A stretch of DNA of 64,000 nucleotides from a virus. Numbering within the stretch: the stretch's first letter is position 1; each line of letters opens with the position of its first letter. Under the pieces are notes generated by a model. The model searched no databases and had not been told where the DNA came from. It saw nothing but the letters and a program-made list of their open reading frames with translations. Of the stretch, positions 21,059 through 30,677 are shown piece after piece. The position numbers and the translations under genes were made by a program. The stretch spans positions 54,318 to 118,317 of IMG/VR virus record IMGVR_UViG_3300008261_000027. One strand, written 5' to 3'.

Positions 21059-21727
21059 ATGGCAACACAATTAGAATTAATCGCCGAGAAAGAAAGACAA
21101 ATGCATTTAGCTAGAAACTCATATGCATCTGATTCTAGTTACGCAACAACACACCCTAACGCATTATCAGATGGTGATGAAAAGGGTAAGGGTGAAAACG
21201 ATGGAAAGATCGGTTCTTCTGAAGATATACAAGCAAGACTTAATAATCTTGTTAAAAACTCATATTCAACAAAAAATGAATATGGTAACACAAATATTAA
21301 TGCGTTATCAGATGGTGATGAAAAAGGAAAGGGCGAATTAAATAACTCTATTGGGTCAAAAACAGACATTAATACTAGACAAGAATTACTTTCTAAAAAT
21401 TTATATAATAGTAGAAAGGGTTATTCAAGCATTCATCAAAATGCGTTATCAGATGGCGATGAAAGAGGTAAGGGTGAAAACAATAATAAAATTGGATCAG
21501 CCACGGATATTAATATGAGAACAGAACTACTTGCTAAAAACGCATATAGCAATGGTAAAGGATATTCTAGTGGACATCCTAATGCATTATCAGATGGTGA
21601 TGAAAAGGGTAAAGGGGAAAATGATAAAAAAATAGGTTCTTTAACCGACATCAACACAAGAACAGAATCTGTTTCAAGAAATTATTATGGAGAAAATAGA
21701 AGATACCCAGATATAACACAAATATGA
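21059..21727 (+). CDS. Repeat protein, 4 x 47 aa
   Basis: NALSDGDE(K/R)GKGE begins at 21158, 21299, 21440 and 21581 (exact 141-nt period). Confidence 0.8.
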   Translation: MATQLELIAEKERQMHLARNSYASDSSYATTHPNALSDGDEKGKGENDGKIGSSEDIQARLNNLVKNSYSTKNEYGNTNINALSDGDEKGKGELNNSIGSKTDINTRQELLSKNLYNSRKGYSSIHQNALSDGDERGKGENNNKIGSATDINMRTELLAKNAYSNGKGYSSGHPNALSDGDEKGKGENDKKIGSLTDINTRTESVSRNYYGENRRYPDITQI

Positions 21728-22725
21728 AATTAGAAGAAATTATTGAAGAACAAAATCAGGGACTTTTAAAAACAACAAAGAATAAACCATTGGTGGATGC
21801 TATTGTTAATAGACATCCTATTACATTTTATTATAGTGGACCAAGAAAACCAAAAAAGAAAAGTGTAAAAGCTGGTTATAGAGTTAAGGCCGAACCAGTT
21901 GCGCTTGGTGCGCACAAAACCACCGGAAACTTATTAGTTAGAGCGTATATCGATGACCCATCTGTTTCAAAAAGAGGAACTCCGGGTAAAGTCGGTAAAG
22001 AAAAATCTAACTACGGATGGAGAACATTTTTAGCTTCTAGAATGTCAAATGTTCAAGTTGTTAAAGATGAGACGTTCAATACAATCAGAGAAAAATATAA
22101 CGGTGGTGGTGATGATAAATCAATGAGTGTTACTTATGTTAGCACAGATTTTTCACAAACTCCACCAAAACCAAAGATTGGAGATACAAAAAAAGTAGAG
22201 CCAACAGCAAAGCCTTCCGAACCTACAGTTTCAACAAAACCCTCAGAGCCAACAATAACAAAACAAACAAGAGATGTTGATGCTGAACTTAAAAAATTTG
22301 ACACAGAACTAGAACAAATAGAAAAAGATATTAAACAAAGTCTAGAGAACTATAAAAAGTATAAAAATAGTCAAGACGAAATAAAATATGTTAATCAATT
22401 AAAGGACTTAAATAAGAAGAAAGATGAGCTCTTAACAAGAATAGCAAACACCATTAGTGATATTGGTAAAAATGTTGGTTCTGATGATAAATCTAAAATA
22501 AATAAATTTACAAATAGAGTATCAACAAAAAAGAAAGACTTAAATGTAATTGTCCCAACCCCATCAAGTAAGCCACCAAAATCTCCAAGCAAACCAGATG
22601 AACCAGAGGCAAAAGAAACATTACCAAGCGTAAAACCAAAAGAGAAACCAGAAAAAGATGCTGACACATATAATTTAAGTGAAGGCTTTATTAATAGGGT
22701 TAAAAAGCTTATTATTTATAATTAA
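21724..22725 (+). CDS. WYL-domain protein with coiled-coil / Pro-rich tail
   Basis: AIVNRHPITFYY...EPVALG...LVRAY...WRTFLASRMSNVQV. Confidence 0.75.
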   Translation: MKLEEIIEEQNQGLLKTTKNKPLVDAIVNRHPITFYYSGPRKPKKKSVKAGYRVKAEPVALGAHKTTGNLLVRAYIDDPSVSKRGTPGKVGKEKSNYGWRTFLASRMSNVQVVKDETFNTIREKYNGGGDDKSMSVTYVSTDFSQTPPKPKIGDTKKVEPTAKPSEPTVSTKPSEPTITKQTRDVDAELKKFDTELEQIEKDIKQSLENYKKYKNSQDEIKYVNQLKDLNKKKDELLTRIANTISDIGKNVGSDDKSKINKFTNRVSTKKKDLNVIVPTPSSKPPKSPSKPDEPEAKETLPSVKPKEKPEKDADTYNLSEGFINRVKKLIIYN

Positions 22726-22738
22726 TATATTTATCATT

Positions 22739-23293
22739 ATGTCACAACTATTAAACGGGCCAATCACCTCAAATGATTTAATGCAAAGATTAGCACAAGC
22801 TAAAAAGGTTATGAATAAAGTTGATTCAGGAAATTATGAGAAAGGTAATGTGAGTGAAAGCGCATTTTTAGTGCCACAAGAACCTGCTGAATACAAAGAG
22901 CAACAAGTTAAGCCTGTTTCTATAGATAAGATACAAAATTCAAAATTACCAGACGCAATAAAAAAAGCTATGATTGACAATCCTATACCTCAGATTTCTT
23001 TGAGCGAGAGTTTAGATATGGATTTTGTTAAAGGTGCTAAAAAACTTATGGAAAGAGAAGGTCTATCAAAACCAACAATTCAACAAAAAAATTCTGGTAC
23101 CGTTACAAATCCAAATATAGATATGAACGCTATTGCAACTTTGATTGAAAATACTGTTCGCAAAGTTATGGATGAGAAACTAAATCAAATACTTACTGCA
23201 CAACAAACAGCAAGTATTAATGAAAATTTAGTTTTAAAAGTAGGTGATTCTATTTTTAAAGGTAAAATAACTGGCGTAAATAAAGCCAAATAA
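22739..23293 (+). CDS. Hypothetical protein
   Basis: Likely start MSQLL at 22739, just after TATTTAT; SKLPDAIKKAMIDNPI. Confidence 0.6.
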   Translation: MSQLLNGPITSNDLMQRLAQAKKVMNKVDSGNYEKGNVSESAFLVPQEPAEYKEQQVKPVSIDKIQNSKLPDAIKKAMIDNPIPQISLSESLDMDFVKGAKKLMEREGLSKPTIQQKNSGTVTNPNIDMNAIATLIENTVRKVMDEKLNQILTAQQTASINENLVLKVGDSIFKGKITGVNKAK

Positions 23294-23345
23294 CCCTTTC
23301 TATTTAATTATTTTTTTCGTATTATTTTGACATAACATTATAATT

Positions 23346-24587
23346 ATGTCAAAATTAAAAGTTTTAGCTGTACCATCCGACAATCACGGAGTTGGTAAAT
23401 ATAGAATCCTAGATCCATATAAGTTTATTGGTAATCATTTTTCAGAAGATATTCACGTAGATATTGTTTTTACGGTGGAAGATAATGATGAAATCTTCAA
23501 TGATTATGATATCGTTGTTTTTCATAGTTTTATACACAAATTACCTGTTGAAAGAAATTTAGAAAGAATTTCCTGGTTAAGAAATAAAGGTATTAAAGTA
23601 GTGATGGATATTGATGATTATTGGAATGTTGATCAAAGACATCCAATGTTTAGTCAAATAAAAGCAAATAAAGTACCTGAATCAAAAATTAGATTATTAA
23701 AATCTGTTGATTATATTACGTGTACCACTGAATTATTTGCAAAAGAAATTAGAAATAAATTAAACTTAAAGAACGTAATTGTATTTCCAAATGCGGTTGA
23801 TGAAAATGAACCACAATTTAAACCAAATAAAACAGAGTCAGATAGAACCAGATTTGGTTGGTTAGGTGGGTCAAGTCATTTACATGATCTTGAATTATTA
23901 AAATCTGGTATTGACACAACTTTAAATTTATTTAAAGACAAATCACAATTTGTACTTTGTGGATTTGACACCAGGGGAACTATTAATGAAATTAATAAAG
24001 AAACTAAACAAGTTAGACAAAGACCAATCTTACCACATGAAACTGTTTGGGCTATGTATGAAAGAATATTCACATCAAATTATAAATTTGTAAGTGATGA
24101 ATATAAAAATTTTTTATTATCTTATACACCAACAGATTACCCGAATTTAAATTTACCATACGTAAGAAGATGGACTCAAGAAATCAACAAATATGCTTTT
24201 AACTACAACTATTTCGATGTTTCACTAGCCCCGTTGGTGGATAGTTTTTTTAATTCTTGTAAATCAGAATTAAAAGTAATTGAAGCGGGGTTTCATAAAA
24301 AAGCAATAATTGCCAGCGATGTTGAGCCATATAGCAATATATTAATTTCTGCTGTAGACGAGGGGAAATACAATGACAATGGTAATAGTTTGTTGGTTTC
24401 ACCAAGAAAGAACCATAAAGAATGGGCAAAACACATGAAAAGATTAATAGAAAGCCCAGCAATGATTGAGGATTTAGGTAATAGGCTATATGAAACAGTC
24501 AAAGATAAGTATTCTCTAAAAAACGTATCAAAAAACAGAGTCGAGTTCTTAAAATCATTAGTTGATAAGTCAGTTTTGGTTTTTTAA
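23346..24587 (+). CDS. Glycosyltransferase (GT-B, GT4-like)
   Basis: MDIDDYW, FGWLGGSSH..D, FN.CKSELK.IEAG, IIASDV.PY. Confidence 0.85.
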   Translation: MSKLKVLAVPSDNHGVGKYRILDPYKFIGNHFSEDIHVDIVFTVEDNDEIFNDYDIVVFHSFIHKLPVERNLERISWLRNKGIKVVMDIDDYWNVDQRHPMFSQIKANKVPESKIRLLKSVDYITCTTELFAKEIRNKLNLKNVIVFPNAVDENEPQFKPNKTESDRTRFGWLGGSSHLHDLELLKSGIDTTLNLFKDKSQFVLCGFDTRGTINEINKETKQVRQRPILPHETVWAMYERIFTSNYKFVSDEYKNFLLSYTPTDYPNLNLPYVRRWTQEINKYAFNYNYFDVSLAPLVDSFFNSCKSELKVIEAGFHKKAIIASDVEPYSNILISAVDEGKYNDNGNSLLVSPRKNHKEWAKHMKRLIESPAMIEDLGNRLYETVKDKYSLKNVSKNRVEFLKSLVDKSVLVF

Positions 24588-24630
24588 TTTTATTTCCTTA
24601 TATTAGTTGAAACATTAAAATTAAAAAATT

Positions 24631-24861
24631 ATGCACTATCTAGTTACAATTGGTTATGAAACCGAACAAATGGATCGAAACGGAAATCCAAGACTTCAAA
24701 AATTGAAATACATTCTTGAAGCCGAAACCGTTGAAGAAGCAACTATCGTGGCTTCAAAATACAGAGCTGGCGACATTAGAGGTAGCGAAAGCATTTCAGT
24801 TGTTAAAATGCCAATCGAGTGTGTTATTGATAGAAAAAACACACCAGAATATTACAAATAA
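24631..24861 (+). CDS. DUF4494-like protein
   Basis: Y.V.I.YE...NG....K.KY...A.T..EA pattern typical of this Bacteroidota family. Confidence 0.55.
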   Translation: MHYLVTIGYETEQMDRNGNPRLQKLKYILEAETVEEATIVASKYRAGDIRGSESISVVKMPIECVIDRKNTPEYYK

Positions 24862-24864
24862 AAT

Positions 24865-25431
24865 ATGGTTTCATTAGAAAAGCTGGAGAAAAATAAAAAA
24901 AAATTCAAAGAGGTAAACGACGAATATAAAATTTTCACAAATGAATTGGTTACTTTTTTGGGTGAAGAATTTTATGTTTCTCCGGCTTCACCTAGTACAG
25001 ATCTATACGGCTGTTACCCTGGTGGTTTATTGGAACATCTAATTAAAGTTTGTAAGTATTCATTGTTAATAAATGACATTTTACCTGAAAAAATAAAAAT
25101 AAAAAAAGAAAAAATTATTAAAGTGGCTTTTTTGTCACAAATAGGTAAAGTTTTTTTGTTTAAAGAAAACCCAAGCGAATGGCATAGATTAAACCAAGGA
25201 AAACTCTATGTTTATAACACTAAAGATAATGTTGCTTTAAAAGTTGGTGAAAAAAGTGTTTATTATGCTATTAAGCATGGGGTCCAATTAGAAGAAGATG
25301 AATATCAAGCAATTTTAAATATTGATAAAGATTCTGATGATAAAATGGCTAAATGGTATTCATCAATAATAAGTCAAATACTTAAACAAGCATTTGAGCT
25401 AGCATTAATTGAAGAAAAATATGGAAAATAA
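24865..25431 (+). CDS. YhaM-like HD-fold protein with degenerate HD motif
   Basis: SPAS....YPGGLLEH; FLSQIGK in place of LHDIGK. Confidence 0.6.
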   Translation: MVSLEKLEKNKKKFKEVNDEYKIFTNELVTFLGEEFYVSPASPSTDLYGCYPGGLLEHLIKVCKYSLLINDILPEKIKIKKEKIIKVAFLSQIGKVFLFKENPSEWHRLNQGKLYVYNTKDNVALKVGEKSVYYAIKHGVQLEEDEYQAILNIDKDSDDKMAKWYSSIISQILKQAFELALIEEKYGK

Positions 25432-26032
25432 TTTTGAAGAAATTTTAAAGAAACTTAAACAGTATGAATCATTATTATCAATTGATGATGGTGATGAGAT
25501 TGATGAAAATTTAGCGAACGAAATAAATAAAACACTAGATATATTAAACAACGAAATTAGTGTTGCCCAACAAAAAGAGAGTTCAACTATTAAGATAAAA
25601 TTCATAAATAAGTCAACAAACGAAGACCCTAAATTTGCCTATGAGGGTGATAGTGGATTTGATTTAAGAGCGGATATTGAAGAGTCTTTGGTTTTAAATC
25701 CTGGAGAGCGAGCATTAATACCAACTGGTTTATACTTTGAACTGGTTAAGGGATTAGAATTACAGGTTAGGCCCAGAAGCGGTTTGTCAATTAAAAACGG
25801 TATAACAGTATTAAATAGTCCGGGTACTGTTGATAGCCACTATCGTGGAGAAGTTAAAATACCTTTGATTAATTTAGGACAAGAACCATTTAAAATTGTG
25901 AAGGGTGATAGAATCGCACAAGCTGTTATTGCACCCGTTTATGGTGAAGGTAAAATCAATCTATTGAAAACGGACACAATAAATGAAACATCTAGAGGTT
26001 CGGGTGGGTTTAATTCTAGCGGAATTAAATGA
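25421..26032 (+). CDS. dut: Trimeric dUTPase with acidic N-terminal extension
   Basis: SGFDL, RPRSG, GTVDSHYRGE, RIAQAV, RGSGGFNSSG. Confidence 0.95.
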   Translation: MENNFEEILKKLKQYESLLSIDDGDEIDENLANEINKTLDILNNEISVAQQKESSTIKIKFINKSTNEDPKFAYEGDSGFDLRADIEESLVLNPGERALIPTGLYFELVKGLELQVRPRSGLSIKNGITVLNSPGTVDSHYRGEVKIPLINLGQEPFKIVKGDRIAQAVIAPVYGEGKINLLKTDTINETSRGSGGFNSSGIK

Positions 26033-26072
26033 TATTTATATTAAAATAAACCAAATTTAAAACTTAAAAAAC

Positions 26073-26786
26073 TTGATAAAATCTAGAGGTAAAGCCGCTG
26101 TAATAGAAGTAAAAAAAACACCACACAAAGAAAGAATTCGTGAATTAATAAAAAAACCAAAAGAAAAATTTTTAACACAATCACAAGAAGAATATTGGAA
26201 AATATTAGGTGAGAACCAAATTACTTTATGTTTTGGTCCAGCTGGTGTCGGTAAGTCTTATATTGCAATGAAAAGAGCAATAGATTTACTTCACGATGAT
26301 GATAATAAGTATGAAAAAATAATCATAGTTAGACCAGCTGTAGAGGCTGAAGAAAAATTAGGTTCTCTTCCGGGGGGGTTAGAAGAAAAATTAGACCCAT
26401 ACATCTATCCATCTTACTATCTTTTAAATAAGATAATTGGTAAAGAGGCTAGAGAAAGAATGAAAGATGAAGGTTATATTGAAGTTGCGGCATTAGCATA
26501 TATGCGTGGATGGAATGTAGATAACACTATTTTGGTTTTTGAAGAAGCACAAAACGCAACTCCAGCTCAAATAAAATTATTACTAACTCGTATTGGTTTC
26601 AATTCTAAATTTTTCTTATCTGGAGATTTAGAGCAATCAGACAAATTTAAAGACAAAACAAAAAGCGGTCTTTATGATGCTAAAAAAAGATTAGAAGGCG
26701 TTCGAGGCGTTGGTATTTTTGAATTTGGTAATCAAGACATTGTTAGAAACCCAATTATTACTGAAATCTTAAAAAGATACGAGTAA
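26073..26786 (+). CDS. phoH: PhoH-family ATPase
   Basis: GPAGVGKS, RPAVEA.EKLG.LPG, YMRG, EEAQN, GD.EQ.D. Confidence 0.95.
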   Translation: MIKSRGKAAVIEVKKTPHKERIRELIKKPKEKFLTQSQEEYWKILGENQITLCFGPAGVGKSYIAMKRAIDLLHDDDNKYEKIIIVRPAVEAEEKLGSLPGGLEEKLDPYIYPSYYLLNKIIGKEARERMKDEGYIEVAALAYMRGWNVDNTILVFEEAQNATPAQIKLLLTRIGFNSKFFLSGDLEQSDKFKDKTKSGLYDAKKRLEGVRGVGIFEFGNQDIVRNPIITEILKRYE

Positions 26787-26826
26787 ACCTATTTACTTTA
26801 TTTATTTTAAACCCTATCTTTTGATC

Positions 26827-27450
26827 ATGAGAGTTTACATATCAATAGATGGGGTTTTACGTAATTTTATAAATCGTTATCACTATCACTACGAAAACGC
26901 ATTTATAAATGTTGATGATGAAAATGGTGACACTTTTGAATATCGAGTAACAGAACCGATTACAAACCATAACATATCTGATCATTTTTTATTCCAATCA
27001 AAAGAACAAGAAGAGTATTTTCAATACATTGAATATCCAATGGAATTATATGGTCATGCACCAGTTAGTTACAATAATGTAAATAACGATTTAAATAAAA
27101 TGATATATCATCATAAAGACCATGAATTTTATTTAGTTGGTTTAGACGAATTAGGTAAAGCAAGACCAGCAACATTATTCTTTTTGTCTAGAAATGGGTT
27201 TATGATAGATAATATTAAATTTATCAAAACAGATCAAATAGAAAGCGAATGGAATAATGTTGATTTATGGATAAGTGATTCTCAGAAGATATTAACACAT
27301 AAACCAAATAATAAAGAATTTATCTTGTTTAGAACAAACTATAACGAGCACTTTACTTATGAAAAAATAATTCATAAATTAAGTGATATTAATATTGAAA
27401 ATAATATTATAACAATAAACAATGAAAATCAAAAGTTATTAGATGCGTGA
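26827..27450 (+). CDS. HAD-fold 5'(3')-deoxyribonucleotidase-like protein with degenerate motif I
   Basis: ISIDGVLRNF (first Asp of DxDG replaced by Ser); C-terminal ..YN. Confidence 0.55.
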   Translation: MRVYISIDGVLRNFINRYHYHYENAFINVDDENGDTFEYRVTEPITNHNISDHFLFQSKEQEEYFQYIEYPMELYGHAPVSYNNVNNDLNKMIYHHKDHEFYLVGLDELGKARPATLFFLSRNGFMIDNIKFIKTDQIESEWNNVDLWISDSQKILTHKPNNKEFILFRTNYNEHFTYEKIIHKLSDINIENNIITINNENQKLLDA

Positions 27451-27730
27451 TTTTATAGATAATGAATACTATGTAGATATTGATGGTATCATTGATAAGT
27501 GTAGGACCGGAGATACTATTAAAGATGAAGACGGAAAAGATGTAAATGAAATTAATATTTTTAAATATGAAATTATAAAAATGATGTTAGATCGAGTGCT
27601 AGATGAATTCGATGATGAAGGTGATGATGATGTTTTATCATCTTTAAAAGGTAAAAAAGGCTCAACTTCTTTTAACTTAGCCTTTAATACACTTTTTCAA
27701 TACGGAATAATAAAAGAAGAAAATGATTAA
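27443..27730 (+). CDS. Hypothetical protein
   Basis: 95-aa ORF in the operon. Confidence 0.65.
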   Translation: MRDFIDNEYYVDIDGIIDKCRTGDTIKDEDGKDVNEINIFKYEIIKMMLDRVLDEFDDEGDDDVLSSLKGKKGSTSFNLAFNTLFQYGIIKEEND

Positions 27731-28799
27731 TATGGAAGATAAATTAAAAAACATAGAAAAACTAGAAGAGGCATTATTAAGAATCAATTCAAAAGAGAAT
27801 ATAATTTATTTTCTTTGCTATGACACACGTGGAACCGCAAGAGCGTCGGTGAAACACATTTATGATATGGTATTAACGTTAAATGAAAACGGTTATATCG
27901 CTAAAATATTAGTAGAAGATAAGTCATATAAGGGTGTAAAATCCTGGTTAGGTGAAAAATATGATACAATAGAAATTGTATCGATAAAAGATGACAAAAT
28001 CGAAATGAAAATCGATGATATTTTAGTTGTTCCAGAACAATATGCAAATGTTTTAGAACAAGTAGCAAATATTCGATGCACGAAGGTAATGCTAATACAA
28101 CAAAAAGAATATCTTTTTGATACACTACCTATTGGTAGTAAATTTTCAGATTATGGTTTTGATAAAATAATCACAACCACCAATGCTTCAAAAAAATATA
28201 TTCAAGAATATTTTCCAGAATCATTAGTTTTTGTTATCCCACCAATTATTGAAGATTATTTTTCAAAAAATGATAAATCTTTAAAACCATTTATCGCTAT
28301 AAGCTGCAGAGATAGAATTAAACATAGAAAATTCATATCTGAGTTTTATCTAAAATATCCACAACTAAGATGGATCACATTTAGAGATATGGTTCAAATG
28401 ACAAACGAAGAGTTTGCACAAGGCTTGAAAGAATGTTTTGTTTCTTTTTGGGTTGATGATGATAGTACATTTGGTACATTTCCATTAGAATCTATGAAAT
28501 GTGGTGTTCCAGTAATTGGTAAAATTCCTTTGATGGAACCTGACTGGTTGAATGAAAATGGGTTTTGGACATATGATGAAAGTAAGTTAGTCGAATTACT
28601 TGGAACTTACTGTATAGCTTGGTTAGAAGGTGTTGAATTAAATGATGAGGTTATTTCAAAAATGAAAGAAACTCTATTACCATATGATAAAGAAATAACA
28701 AAAAATAACATTACAAATATTTTTGAATCATTTAATTTAAAAAGAAAAGAAACAATAACTAAAGGTTTAGAAAAATTAAAATTAGAAGAAACAGTATGA
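27723..28799 (+). CDS. Glycosyltransferase (GT-B, GT4-like)
   Basis: FGTFPLESMKCGVPVIG. Confidence 0.8.
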   Translation: MINMEDKLKNIEKLEEALLRINSKENIIYFLCYDTRGTARASVKHIYDMVLTLNENGYIAKILVEDKSYKGVKSWLGEKYDTIEIVSIKDDKIEMKIDDILVVPEQYANVLEQVANIRCTKVMLIQQKEYLFDTLPIGSKFSDYGFDKIITTTNASKKYIQEYFPESLVFVIPPIIEDYFSKNDKSLKPFIAISCRDRIKHRKFISEFYLKYPQLRWITFRDMVQMTNEEFAQGLKECFVSFWVDDDSTFGTFPLESMKCGVPVIGKIPLMEPDWLNENGFWTYDESKLVELLGTYCIAWLEGVELNDEVISKMKETLLPYDKEITKNNITNIFESFNLKRKETITKGLEKLKLEETV

Positions 28800-29581
28800 A
28801 AAAAATAACAGTAATATTACCTGTTCATAAATTAGAAAATGAATACAATGACATGTTAATTAAGGCGGTAGAGTCTGTTAAAATGTTTTATAATGATGTT
28901 AAATTATTAATTGTTGCGCCAGAAAAACTAAAAAAAGATTTATCTAAAGTAGATTTTGGTCAAAAACTAGAGATTAGTTTAAATTTTCATAATTCCGAAT
29001 CTGATTTTTGTTCACAAATAAATGAAGGGGCAAAAGCCTGTGATACTGAGTGGTTTTCAATTTTGGAAATCGATGATGAATATCAAAAACCATGGTTAAA
29101 AAGCATTAATGAATATATGATCGAAAATCCTGAAGCCGATGCTATTTTACCGATAATCAAAGATGTTAATCCAGAAGGTACATTTACAAATTATACAAAT
29201 GAATCGGTTTGGGCATACGGTTTTTCAGAAAAACAAGGTGTTTTAGATAACGAAGTGTTAATGGAATATCAAAATTACCAAATAAGTGGTGGTTTGTATA
29301 AAACAAAAGTTTTTTTAGATAATGGTGGGTTAAAAAACAATATTAAACTAACATTTGGTTATGAATTTTTATTGAGATTAACACATAATGGGGCAAAAGT
29401 TATTGTTGTACCTAAAATAGGGTATAGACATGTTAACTTAAGAGAAGATTCACTTTTTTGGCTTTATAAAAATGATGAAGAACTTAAATTAAAAGATAAA
29501 GAACCAAAATTTTGGGTAGAGACCGCAAAAAAAGAATTCTTTTTTAATAATAAACGAGATGTAAAATATAATGATGTTTAA
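28796..29581 (+). CDS. Glycosyltransferase (GT-A, family 2)
   Basis: ITVILPVH, IN.G, LEIDD, YEFLLRL...G. Confidence 0.85.
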   Translation: MKKITVILPVHKLENEYNDMLIKAVESVKMFYNDVKLLIVAPEKLKKDLSKVDFGQKLEISLNFHNSESDFCSQINEGAKACDTEWFSILEIDDEYQKPWLKSINEYMIENPEADAILPIIKDVNPEGTFTNYTNESVWAYGFSEKQGVLDNEVLMEYQNYQISGGLYKTKVFLDNGGLKNNIKLTFGYEFLLRLTHNGAKVIVVPKIGYRHVNLREDSLFWLYKNDEELKLKDKEPKFWVETAKKEFFFNNKRDVKYNDV

Positions 29582-30279
29582 TGCCTAGAAAACGAACCCA
29601 AAAAGTGTATTTTGGGGAAGATCAAGAAAAGGCGGTAGTTAGATACTTAGAAAGTTCAGACGAAGCAGAAAAAAACAAGATATTCAACGAATATTTACGA
29701 GAACCCCTGATTATCATGGTTGAAAGTATTATAAGAAGATACAAATTGTATAGGAAAGACTATGAATTTGAAGATCTTCATACCGACACCATGTCTTTTT
29801 TAATAACAAAAATTAACAAATTCGACCACACAAAAAATCACAAAGCTTATTCCTACTTTGGCACAATATGTAAAAATTACCTCATGGGTGCCATTCAAAA
29901 AGACACAAAAGAAACGAATAGAAGTGTGTCCTATGAGGATATTTCAGAGGATATTGAGAGTAGAGTAGATTATTCATATACAATTGATGCAACCTTTATT
30001 GATTACGGTGATGTTATTGTTCATTTGGTCAATAAACTAGAGAAATTTATAGAAGAAGAAGATTTAACTGAAAATGAGAAAAAACTAGGGTATGCACTAT
30101 TAGAAATTTTTAGCAACTTTGAAAAGATATTCCAAATCGGGGATGGTAATAAATTCAATAAGAATTTGATTCTCTTGTCTTTAAGAGAAATGACCTCATT
30201 ATCAACAAAAGAAATTAGAATTTCTCTTAAAAAGTTTAAAACTCTATACGACGGCGTTTTAGGTGGATTTTTAGATTAA
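29581..30279 (+). CDS. Phage sigma factor (T4 gp55-like late sigma)
   Basis: N-terminal YF, KFD.....AYSYFGTICKNY region-2-like motif. Confidence 0.75.
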   Translation: MPRKRTQKVYFGEDQEKAVVRYLESSDEAEKNKIFNEYLREPLIIMVESIIRRYKLYRKDYEFEDLHTDTMSFLITKINKFDHTKNHKAYSYFGTICKNYLMGAIQKDTKETNRSVSYEDISEDIESRVDYSYTIDATFIDYGDVIVHLVNKLEKFIEEEDLTENEKKLGYALLEIFSNFEKIFQIGDGNKFNKNLILLSLREMTSLSTKEIRISLKKFKTLYDGVLGGFLD

Positions 30280-30293
30280 AAATATTTATTAAT

Positions 30294-30677
30294 ATGAGAA
30301 CATCTAATAGAAAAAATATAGCTCTAGATACCGACTCTGCATTAGCTTTAATGCAAGAGATCTACAACGATATTGTTGAACAGAAAAATACAGCAACATT
30401 AATTATGAAAAAAATGTTGTCATTTATGAAGGAATCTGAAGATATGTCCGTTATCGGGCCTGTTATCAAGGAACAACAAAAAATATTAAACGAGTGTACA
30501 GAAAAGAAAATTTCTTTAGTAAAAATTCAAAACACATTAATCCAAAAGGGCGGCGCTACCGGAAAATTTGAACCCGGTAAAATGACTTTAACTGATGAAG
30601 ATAGAGATTTATTGGAAAAATTAATGAATAATGAGGATGATAAAGAACAACCAGACGGTAAAAAATATTCATTATAA
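30294..30677 (+). CDS. Hypothetical protein
   Basis: 127-aa helical ORF; late motif upstream. Confidence 0.6.
   Translation: MRTSNRKNIALDTDSALALMQEIYNDIVEQKNTATLIMKKMLSFMKESEDMSVIGPVIKEQQKILNECTEKKISLVKIQNTLIQKGGATGKFEPGKMTLTDEDRDLLEKLMNNEDDKEQPDGKKYSL

Noticed and set aside
21158-21620. Regularly spaced direct repeats resembling a CRISPR array
   Set aside because: The 141-nt period is in frame, variation is synonymous, the 'spacers' are homologous to each other, and no cas genes are present; it is a protein repeat.
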